A stretch of DNA of 64,000 nt from Macrostomum lignano. Taxonomy: Eukaryota. A program made the position numbers and the translations under genes. The notes below the pieces were generated by a model that was not told where the DNA came from, made no database searches, and saw only the letters and a list, made by a program, of their open reading frames with translations. Positions 52,083-60,026 of this stretch are shown here, one piece after another; the first letter of the stretch is position 1; every line of letters starts with the position of its first letter. The stretch is from NCBI GenBank assembly GCA_002269645.1, contig NIVC01000130.1, positions 845,776 to 909,775 on the forward strand, read 5' to 3'.

Positions 52083-52302
52083 TAACTTTTTAAGTGACTA
52101 TGCGTGGACATTGCTATGCCATCTGTATTGATGTCTAACAGTTCTATTTATCCAGCTTTTTCAGCTTATTCATTAATGTCCTATTAAATGAGCTCGTTTA
52201 AAATTAAAAATAAAATAAAATAAGCATCTCTCTCTATAGTTATGCTAGTTTACTGGTGAACTTAAGAATGCGAAATGAGTTTAATTTTTTCTCTAATTAA
52301 AA

Positions 52303-53370
52303 ATGGAAAAGATTTACTTTAACCCTGAGCAGCCAGCAAGCTTTTCTGGCTGCAATAAATTTATTAATGAAGTTCGCACGCAGGGTATCCGAGTGAGTGA
52401 AAAAGCTGCGAAAAACTGGCTTAACGATCAGACAGTCTACACATTACATAAGCCAGCAAGGAGGAATTATCCGAGGGCCCCAATCATAGTTCGAAGTATT
52501 GATGACCAATGGGAGTTGGATCTGGTGGAGATGATTCCTTTTTCCAAGTATAATAACGGCTACAGGTATATTCTAACATGCATTGATGTGCTGTCCAAGT
52601 ACGGATGGGCGAGGGCATTAAAGAACAAGTCTTCTATTGAAGTGAAGTCGGCATTCGAGAGCATATTAAGAAGTTCAAAGCGGCAACCGCGCACTGTTCG
52701 CACTGATCAGGGGAAAGAGTTTATCAACTCTACTTTTCGCCAATGCTGTATGGAAAGGGGAATCCTGGCATTCCCAACCAACAGTGAGCAGAAGGCGGCT
52801 GTCATTGAACGATGGAACCGAACTTTAAAGAGCAAAATGTGGCGCTACTTCACTCACAACAGCACTCTGCATTGGCTTGATGTGTTGCCTAAGCTAGTGA
52901 AGTCCTACAACAAAACATACCACAGAAGCATACGAATGGCCCCAACGAATGTCAGCCAGGAGAACGAGTCCGAGGTCTGGATGAGCCTATATGACGGGAA
53001 AGCGATTGAAACTGTGGAAAAGCTGGGAAAGCCAAAGTTCAGCGAAAACCAGTCTGTGCGGATTTCCAATGCACCCAGGCTTTTTAGAAAAGGGTACAAG
53101 GCCAACTGGAGCGAAGAAGTGTACACGGTGGTGTCCAGAGCTCCAAAGCATTATCCCTACATGTACAAGATAAAAGACATGAAAGGAGAAGAGATTCGTG
53201 GGCTTTTTCACGAGCATGAACTGCAGGCCGTTCCGGAGTCGCAGCGGCTGTATGTGATTGAAAAGATTTTGAAGACTGAGAAGCGGCAGGGAAAGATCCG
53301 ATATCTGGTCAAGTGGGCCGGCTACGACTCCACTGACTGGGTGGATGAGAAGGACTTAAGAAAAGTGTAA
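52303..53370 (+). CDS. Retroviral-like (rve) integrase with C-terminal chromodomain
   Basis: DDE triad in QWELDL, RTDQGKEF, IERWNRTLK; Maverick-type YFNPEQPASFSG start; chromodomain YVIEKIL...YLVKWAGYDSTDWV. Confidence 0.96.
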   Translation: MEKIYFNPEQPASFSGCNKFINEVRTQGIRVSEKAAKNWLNDQTVYTLHKPARRNYPRAPIIVRSIDDQWELDLVEMIPFSKYNNGYRYILTCIDVLSKYGWARALKNKSSIEVKSAFESILRSSKRQPRTVRTDQGKEFINSTFRQCCMERGILAFPTNSEQKAAVIERWNRTLKSKMWRYFTHNSTLHWLDVLPKLVKSYNKTYHRSIRMAPTNVSQENESEVWMSLYDGKAIETVEKLGKPKFSENQSVRISNAPRLFRKGYKANWSEEVYTVVSRAPKHYPYMYKIKDMKGEEIRGLFHEHELQAVPESQRLYVIEKILKTEKRQGKIRYLVKWAGYDSTDWVDEKDLRKV

Positions 53371-53382
53371 GATGCCGACATT

Positions 53383-54210
53383 GTGCAGCCATTCCCAATT
53401 ATGAGAAGCATCATCATTAACAGCGAAAATGCTGAAGGTACTCCTGCTGACTTTCATTTTCACCTGCCTTCACCTATTTACTTGGATCGAAATGTGGACT
53501 ATGAGGCAGGTCTGGCTGAAATCCATCTGCCTGCTGCATGGTTCAATGTTGACGAGCCTTACTGCTTCACTGTCTCAGATGGAAGAGAGCATGAGGCCTT
53601 GGTTCTTCAACCCGGACGCTTTGCTAGAGTGGAGGAGTTGGTGGAGCGCATGAATGAGCTGCTGGCCAACTCTGAGTCACTGTTCTTCGATGCAATGAGT
53701 GAGAGGGAGTCTGAAATGGAGGCTGATGAGTCTGGTTTAATGGGGCGGAGCAGCGCTAGAGATATTGGCATAAAGTTTGAGATCCAAGAATTGAGAACGG
53801 TAGTGCTCAACAACACGGCTCGAGCAGAATTATTCCTTCCATCAAGTAAAATTCTGCAGTGGCTGGGATTCGGAAATCAGTCCGTGAAAATTCCACCTGG
53901 GCGCCAAGTTTCCATGTACCACATTGGCTGCCCGCCCACCAATCTGATCAACGTGCATTGTAGCATTGTGGAGTCAACTAATTGCAACTGGAATTCCCTG
54001 CTGCGAACTGTGAACATGAATCCTGAAGCCGGATGGGGAAGCTACTGGAGCAAAGTGTTTAAGAAAACAGTTTTCTTCCCCATTCAGAAAACAAATTTTC
54101 TACACAGCATTCGAGTTCAACTGCGAGACATCTTTGGCTTCTCACTGACTGCTCATAGCGGCAGCCCTGTTCTGCTCACAATTCTGATACGTGAGAGACC
54201 AATGCAATGA
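53383..54210 (+). CDS. Minor capsid protein (penton-like, single jelly roll)
   Basis: Maverick mCP pattern: F..HLPSPIYL..YEAGLAEIHLP..WFNV; INVHCSIVE..LLRTV; FFPI..IRVQLRDIFG. Confidence 0.8.
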   Translation: MQPFPIMRSIIINSENAEGTPADFHFHLPSPIYLDRNVDYEAGLAEIHLPAAWFNVDEPYCFTVSDGREHEALVLQPGRFARVEELVERMNELLANSESLFFDAMSERESEMEADESGLMGRSSARDIGIKFEIQELRTVVLNNTARAELFLPSSKILQWLGFGNQSVKIPPGRQVSMYHIGCPPTNLINVHCSIVESTNCNWNSLLRTVNMNPEAGWGSYWSKVFKKTVFFPIQKTNFLHSIRVQLRDIFGFSLTAHSGSPVLLTILIRERPMQ

Positions 54211-54623
54211 ACTATCAGCAGCTGATTCGGCAGTATTCAGGGACTCGGACGGGAAATGAAAAGTCCATGCTCTATGGCTGCGGGAGTTTTCCTGGAATAA
54301 TGACTTACCAGCCTCCTCCAGCACCTTCCATAACATCATCATCATCATTAGCATCAAAGCCTGTACAAACCAGCAGTAGCAGCAGAAGCAATAGTACGAG
54401 TAATAGAAACATAGGAAATCAAGGACAGGCTAAAAAGGTGAATAAAAAGCAGGTGCGCATGAAGAAGAAGAAAAAAAGTGGCGAAGCACGCAAAACAAGC
54501 AAGGTCAGAACTAGCAAGCAACCTAAGAAAAGAACGACTAAAACACAGACCAAGAAAACAGGCAAAAGAAAACAAAAAGTGGGCAAAGAAACTGTGAAGC
54601 GTGTTCTGGACTCACTCTCATAG
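54207..54623 (+). CDS. Small, very basic protein between the capsid genes (candidate DNA-condensing core protein)
   Basis: 138 aa with a Lys/Arg-dense C-terminal half; ATG overlaps the mCP stop codon; function inferred. Confidence 0.65.
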   Translation: MNYQQLIRQYSGTRTGNEKSMLYGCGSFPGIMTYQPPPAPSITSSSSLASKPVQTSSSSRSNSTSNRNIGNQGQAKKVNKKQVRMKKKKKSGEARKTSKVRTSKQPKKRTTKTQTKKTGKRKQKVGKETVKRVLDSLS

Positions 54624-54625
54624 CA

Positions 54626-55909
54626 ATGGCTTACGGATTCAACCCGAGACTCGATTTGTTCAAGTCCCCCGTGCTGCAGACTGCTATTGAAAAATCCACG
54701 TATGTTGATATTCACCCCGTGAACTCTATTTCTACTAACTCACCAATTGAATTCGACTGCCATCCATCGGCTGATGAGTACACTGATCTGCTGAGCTCAT
54801 TCCTGTATATTCGCTGTCGCCTAGTCCGGCTTGGCGGGGCTTTGATGAGGGAGGAGGTTCGGAATGCCGATGGAGTTGTCACTGAGCGCAGAGACAGTGG
54901 GGTGCACCCAGAAAACTTTGTCCTATCTACGGCATTCTCAGATGTAATCGTGAGCATCAACCAGCGCATTGTCTCTGGCGGAGACCAGCTCTACCCCTAC
55001 CATGCCTACCTAAAAGCTCTCATGAGCTCATCCGATGCTCAGCAGTTAAATTTCTACCCCGCCGGATTCCTGGAACCCGAAACTGCTGCTGAGGGGCATG
55101 CCGAGAGACACAGGGAGTCCCGCTGGGTGGAGTATGCGGGACCGCTGCTCAGCGACATCTTCCAGTGTCCTGTTCTGCTGCTGAACAATTTACACCTGCA
55201 CATCAAGCTGATGCCCAGTGAAGCTGCATTTGCCATCCGAACCCCAGATGAGAACAACACAGCCTACCGAATTGAAATTTCCCATTGTATTCTGAACCTG
55301 CGCCGAGTCAAAGTGGCGCCTCACATCAGCCTAGCGCATGAGCAGGGACTTACCAATCAGAACGCACTTTACCCCATCGAGCGAACCGAAATGCAAAACT
55401 TCATTCTACCCCAGGGAATTCAGTCAAAAAACATTGAAGGATTCACCCATGGCAAACTGCCGAAGTTCGTTATGCTGGTCTTCGTGAACCACCGAGCCTT
55501 CAATGGCCATCACCATTCCAGCCCCTTCGAGTTCCAGAGCTTCAACCTCAGCCAGCTAGCACTAAAGAAAGGTGGTGAAGCCATGTGCCACGCTGCATTT
55601 GCACCTGAGAATAATTCATTCGTGAGAGAGTACTTGCACTACCTGAAAAGCTGTCAGTCTGCCAGCCCTACCAACTCGGTTCCGTGGGTCCCCTACCAGT
55701 TGTTCTCCAACGGCAACACAGCTTTCGCATTCGATCTCACGCCTGAGGGAGCGGCCCTGTGGTACGGACAGAAGGAGGGAAATTTGCGGCTGGAGATTCG
55801 CTTCCGACAGGCCCTGGAGGAGCCTGTATCTCTGATTGTTATGTGCCTGTATGACTCACTGATTGAGGTCACGAAGCACAGGGAGATTCTGCTAGATTTT
55901 CCATCCTAG
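54626..55909 (+). CDS. Major capsid protein (double jelly roll, hexon-like)
   Basis: LDLFKSPVLQTAIEKSTYVDIHP...PIEF...YTDLLSSFLYIRC, LYPYHAYL, GKLPKFVML, PFEFQSFNL, FAFDLTP, GNLRLEIRF: typical Maverick MCP motifs. Confidence 0.92.
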   Translation: MAYGFNPRLDLFKSPVLQTAIEKSTYVDIHPVNSISTNSPIEFDCHPSADEYTDLLSSFLYIRCRLVRLGGALMREEVRNADGVVTERRDSGVHPENFVLSTAFSDVIVSINQRIVSGGDQLYPYHAYLKALMSSSDAQQLNFYPAGFLEPETAAEGHAERHRESRWVEYAGPLLSDIFQCPVLLLNNLHLHIKLMPSEAAFAIRTPDENNTAYRIEISHCILNLRRVKVAPHISLAHEQGLTNQNALYPIERTEMQNFILPQGIQSKNIEGFTHGKLPKFVMLVFVNHRAFNGHHHSSPFEFQSFNLSQLALKKGGEAMCHAAFAPENNSFVREYLHYLKSCQSASPTNSVPWVPYQLFSNGNTAFAFDLTPEGAALWYGQKEGNLRLEIRFRQALEEPVSLIVMCLYDSLIEVTKHREILLDFPS

Positions 55910-55932
55910 GAGTACGCTGGCGCAACGCTAAT

Positions 55933-56451
55933 ATGGATGCTTTTCAACTGCTTAAACTGGCTAAAAGCTTTTTGCCACAAAATAACTATTTAATTATTGT
56001 CTTGAATTCAATAAATAAAACATCTTATGCTTTAAACTTTATTCAGCGAGCAACTCTCAAAAGAAATTTATCTCGATGTAGGTTTATTTTCTTTCTGCTT
56101 CAGTACGGCTCGTCCTTTGGTCACTGGGTGGTTTGTTATGCCAATAAGGAGAATTCCATAGAACTCTTTAACTCTCTGGGCTGGGACTCAAGCACTTTAG
56201 AGATCATTCACAGAGCACTGAAATCCTTTTGGTATTCTCCATTCTACTTACGTAGCAATGTGAATCGAATTCAGAGCTGCAACTCTGCTAAATGCGGTTT
56301 GTTCTGTCTCTTGTTTGCCTATCAAAAGTTTCGTTTCAAGCGCTCGTTTGAGTGGGTTCTGCGGCACCTCCATGCAAATCAGCAGAGCCACTTGAATGAA
56401 AGAATTCTGCAAAGGTTTGAGAGTTGCTTAAGAAAAAATAAATTTAATTAG
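55933..56451 (+). CDS. Adenain-like cysteine protease
   Basis: GHWV (His), ELFNSLG, IQ...CGLFC (Gln oxyanion, catalytic Cys). Confidence 0.88.
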   Translation: MDAFQLLKLAKSFLPQNNYLIIVLNSINKTSYALNFIQRATLKRNLSRCRFIFFLLQYGSSFGHWVVCYANKENSIELFNSLGWDSSTLEIIHRALKSFWYSPFYLRSNVNRIQSCNSAKCGLFCLLFAYQKFRFKRSFEWVLRHLHANQQSHLNERILQRFESCLRKNKFN

Positions 56452-56484
56452 ACTTTTAAAATCAAGGATTTAGCTCAACAGGCG

Positions 56485-57138
56485 ATGGAAACACGTGAGC
56501 GGATAAACTGTTATGATGTGCGCCTGCGACAAGGAAGCTGCATGATTGTCAGCGGGCCTACAAATGCAGGAAAGACAACCTTCGTGAAACATCTGATACA
56601 ATACAAGGATGTCATGTTTGATGTGAAGCCTGGGAGAGTTCTGTGGTACTACGGAATTTCACAAGCAGCACACTCTGAGCTCAGCAGTCTCGGCGTGCAC
56701 TTGCAGCAGGGATTTCCCAGCAGTATCGAGACCGCACTGAGACCCAATGACCTGGTTGTATTTGATGACCTGATTGAAGAAACTTCCAATTCTGCTGCAA
56801 TGCGAAATGTTTTCACTGGAATTGCCCATCATTTGCCCTGCTTTCTGGTTATGCTGACCCAAAATGTATTTTTTAAAGGGAAGGAGTTGCGAACAATGAG
56901 TCTGAATGCGATGTACTTTGTGATCATGAAGAACCCCAGAGACCAGCTGCAGATTGCGGCGCTGGGCAGGCAGTGTTTTGCTGAGAAGCCCGGCTTTCTG
57001 CTGTCAGTGTTCAAGCACGTGACATCGCACGGCAGGGGAGCCTACCTGCTCCTGGATTTTCACCCTTCCACCCCTGATGAGCTGCGGGTCCGGGCTCGAA
57101 TCCTGCCCAATCAGCGACCCCACCTGGTTTACACTTAA
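56485..57138 (+). CDS. Genome-packaging ATPase (A32/FtsK-HerA family)
   Basis: Walker A GPTNAGKT, Walker B LVVFDDL, HH..LTQN, RTMSLNA..MKNPRD. Confidence 0.95.
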   Translation: METRERINCYDVRLRQGSCMIVSGPTNAGKTTFVKHLIQYKDVMFDVKPGRVLWYYGISQAAHSELSSLGVHLQQGFPSSIETALRPNDLVVFDDLIEETSNSAAMRNVFTGIAHHLPCFLVMLTQNVFFKGKELRTMSLNAMYFVIMKNPRDQLQIAALGRQCFAEKPGFLLSVFKHVTSHGRGAYLLLDFHPSTPDELRVRARILPNQRPHLVYT

Positions 57139-57155
57139 GAATAACAGCCGAGATT

Positions 57156-57503
57156 TTGCCATTTGCTCTATATTCTGCAACACTAATGATAATGGAAACA
57201 TTCGACTCACATGAAAGTTTGTTTGATGTTCTCGCCTCACCGAAATATTCCATCAGCTTTAAACGTCTGTTGATCAGAGCGGGTCCAAAAGCAGTACATG
57301 AATTTCTCATTGAGGCCTGCTATAACCTATTGCAAAACACTCTGTCGTTCTCACTCACTGAAAAGGCAGCGCTAGTGAAGCAAAAGCAAATAATCCGCAA
57401 AATTTCTACACATAGAAGAGCTGCGGATCTGCTAAATACGGGTTTTATCAAAATTCTCTACATTCTAATAAAGCTAGTGAAGAAAAAGAAACAAAATGAA
57501 TAA
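57156..57503 (+). CDS. Conserved small Maverick protein with hydrophobic/cationic C-terminus
   Basis: LIEACYNLLQNTLSFSLTEKAALVKQKQIIRKI resembles the conserved post-ATPase small ORF of animal Mavericks; tail GFIKILYILIKLVKKKK. Confidence 0.65.
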   Translation: MPFALYSATLMIMETFDSHESLFDVLASPKYSISFKRLLIRAGPKAVHEFLIEACYNLLQNTLSFSLTEKAALVKQKQIIRKISTHRRAADLLNTGFIKILYILIKLVKKKKQNE

Positions 57504-58188
57504 GTTCTCAGAAATGGTTCTGATCCCCAAGTCAGAATACGACATGCTCACACAGAATTTGAAGCCAGTTGAGTCTGAACTCGACACTGCTGTGAGATAT
57601 GCGCAGAGGAAATGCAATGATATTTTGCTTGCCGAGGATTGCCCAGACGATGTGAAAGCTGCCATGTACCATGATGCGATGAAGAGTTTGCTGGCCAAGC
57701 GCAAGCGGACTGGAAAGGATGATGCGGTACCTGCGAGTGATGCAAAGATGCTGAAAACTGATATTGCACCAAGCAGCTGGGGGGAAAAGATCACCCAATC
57801 CGTGCCGCAGAAGTTTAAAGCGAGAGCCCGCAGTCTATGGGCCATCCTATCTGGCAATCCTTCTCTGATTCGGGTGTCCGAAAATGGCGAGGCGCAAATT
57901 TGTGGGAAGACAATACCCTCCTCAAACATCCTGGATTTGTTTCACAGTGCCGTGAGGGATTCGAAATGTGCCAGCGAGCCGGTGGGCTGGAGTGAGTTTG
58001 TCTCATTGCTCCAAGATAAAAAGCTTAACATCCCAGCTTCGGCCATAGGAAAGTCAGTTAGGCAGCTAATTTCTAAACCTGCTGTTTCTCCAGAGGCCGC
58101 CCCTGCTCATCATACAGTTAAAGGATTCGGGAGTGGGAGAGCTTGGCTACAGCTGAACAGGAAAAAACTATTTAAGAAGGGGAACTGA
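57496..58188 (+). CDS. Conserved Maverick protein of unknown function
   Basis: MVLIP start and SVPQKFKARARSL...SENGE..ICGKTIPSSNILDL resemble a widespread Maverick core ORF; ATG overlaps the preceding ORF. Confidence 0.65.
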   Translation: MNKFSEMVLIPKSEYDMLTQNLKPVESELDTAVRYAQRKCNDILLAEDCPDDVKAAMYHDAMKSLLAKRKRTGKDDAVPASDAKMLKTDIAPSSWGEKITQSVPQKFKARARSLWAILSGNPSLIRVSENGEAQICGKTIPSSNILDLFHSAVRDSKCASEPVGWSEFVSLLQDKKLNIPASAIGKSVRQLISKPAVSPEAAPAHHTVKGFGSGRAWLQLNRKKLFKKGN

Positions 58189-58228
58189 GTCGGCTTCCCG
58201 ATATCAGGCATCTTGAAACCATCCGATC

Positions 58229-59074
58229 ATGAACTATATTGACTTCCAAGGCTTCCCACGCGAGAGATCGAGCAGAGATTTCGTTGTGAAGGAGCTAGCC
58301 ATTGCCCAAGTCCGGGCAGGCAGTTACCATATCACTCATCACGTGTACGCCTCTCCGTTCTCATGGGAGCGAATCTCACCTGAGATGCAGGTGCATTACA
58401 GAAAGCTCTCAAAGAATTTGCATCATTTCAAGTGGACAGATGGATCCCGATCGTACATGCATTTGGCAAATGACATTCTAAACATTGCTTACGGCCCCAC
58501 CTGGACAAGCGGGGTGAAAAAGTCCATCTTTCTGACTGAGCTGCTTGGCAGACAGGTGTACAACCTAGAGGATCTGGGATCACCTTTGATTCAAGCATCT
58601 GATACTGGTTGTGCAGTGAAAAATGTATTGCTCTACTACAACTGGCTGAAGCCAAAGTTCTGTATCAACTTAAGAAGCGAGGTGTGCCCGCACCACTCAA
58701 AGGCTCTCAAAGACAGCACCACTGACAGAAAGGACTCTCTAAATGAGTACACCTGCGACAGCCCTGCGAGTGACCAATCTGGTTGGCGGCGTGGATCTGA
58801 GGCTGGCTGGAGGCAGGGGTGCCCAGTTGCCTCTGCGGGAACTGGCTCTCAGCATGGCTCATGTCATCTATCGCCCCGTCTGGCCCCGAGTGCTCATCAA
58901 GAGGATGCGGAATCCCAGAGTGACTCTGTTGCTCTATCCGACTGGACAACTGAGTATCTGTGGCGCCCGGAGCTACTCGGCCTCAGTCAAGGCTGCCCGT
59001 CGCTTCGTGGCTATGCTGCATCGCAGAGTTCCGCCTCAACTGCTGCCTCGTCAATCCGTTTGTGTCCGAATTAA
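58229..59074 (+). CDS. DnaQ/DEDD-fold-like protein of the type seen in Mavericks; C-terminal ~110 codons overlap the next ORF
   Basis: IDFQGF...FVVKELA, HHFKWTDG...Y, SGVKKSIFL..LL...VYNLEDLGSP, CAVKNV..NW. Confidence 0.65.
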   Translation: MNYIDFQGFPRERSSRDFVVKELAIAQVRAGSYHITHHVYASPFSWERISPEMQVHYRKLSKNLHHFKWTDGSRSYMHLANDILNIAYGPTWTSGVKKSIFLTELLGRQVYNLEDLGSPLIQASDTGCAVKNVLLYYNWLKPKFCINLRSEVCPHHSKALKDSTTDRKDSLNEYTCDSPASDQSGWRRGSEAGWRQGCPVASAGTGSQHGSCHLSPRLAPSAHQEDAESQSDSVALSDWTTEYLWRPELLGLSQGCPSLRGYAASQSSASTAASSIRLCPN

Positions 59075-59309
59075 GACTATTACTGCTTATGGAAAAATAG
59101 ACTTGCCCAAGGCTCTATCACTAAGAAACCTCTGTGAAGTGCTACCGAATGCGAAATATGAACCTGAAAGTTTTACTGCTTTAGTTTGTCAGCTTCAATA
59201 CTGCAAGTGTACGCTTTTTCACAATGGCTCATTTGTGCTCAGCGGAGCAAAGTCTAAGCATATGCTACAATCAGACCGTTCCCTATTAGCTTGCTTGCTT
59301 TCAAACTGA
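58743..59309 (+). CDS. Divergent TATA-box-binding protein (TBP)-like protein, 188 aa
   Basis: Two TBP repeats: RVTNLVGGVDL...LRELAL...YRPVWPRVLIKRMRNPRVTLLLYPTGQLSICGARSYSASVKAARRF and YEPESFTALV...TLFHNGSFVLSGAKS (cf. QNIVSTVNL...[44 protein letters not shown]...IFVSGKVVLTGAK). Confidence 0.85.
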   Translation: MSTPATALRVTNLVGGVDLRLAGGRGAQLPLRELALSMAHVIYRPVWPRVLIKRMRNPRVTLLLYPTGQLSICGARSYSASVKAARRFVAMLHRRVPPQLLPRQSVCVRIKTITAYGKIDLPKALSLRNLCEVLPNAKYEPESFTALVCQLQYCKCTLFHNGSFVLSGAKSKHMLQSDRSLLACLLSN

Positions 59310-59790
59310 AATAAATAAAAAGAAAGAATAAATCGCGGCTTGTTTAATTAAAATATTCAAATTAATTCTCTCTCATGCACTAGCTTTTTTGTCTTCATTT
59401 TTAATTGCAATGAAAAACCAGTGGTGAACATCTTGTAGAGATAAACAAATAGCAAGCTAAAAGCAAATACGAGCAAGCAGATAAACCACTACAAAAATAG
59501 GAAAAAATAGTCCAAAAGCAGATGGAATATATTAAAACTTATAAAGCAATATCAGGATTCAAAAAACCAACCACAAAGTACAGGTAAAATTAGAAAAAAA
59601 TAAAACTCTCACATGCCATCACCGCAAACACCACCACCACCACTAACGAAGCATTGGTTTCATTATCATCATCGCGCAATTGTAAGTAAATATTGTGAAG
59701 CAAAAAATTGTTGCTAGCCTCAGCAGATGATCAAAGTTTTTATTGCATTTGGAAAAAATCCTATTTAGATTAGCGGTTAACCTTTATTCA
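59310..59790. terminator. Convergent polyadenylation region between the TBP-like ORF and PolB
   Basis: AATAAA at 59310 and 59314 on +; TTTATT (AATAAA on minus) at ~59738 and ~59783. Confidence 0.55.
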
Positions 59791-59869
59791 ATGTCAAAGA
59801 AAGAAACTTTGAAATCGCAAAGAAATTATTGTTTTTGTTTAGCAAGCTTGTTGTACTCATTATTCAATT

Positions 59870-59957
59870 TCAAAGTAGTCGGCGCCGTTTTGATGATTTC
59901 TGCTGCTGTTGCTGCTGCTGTTGTTGTTGTTGTTGTTGTTGTTGTTGCTGCTGTTGC

Positions 59958-60026
<69 letters not shown>

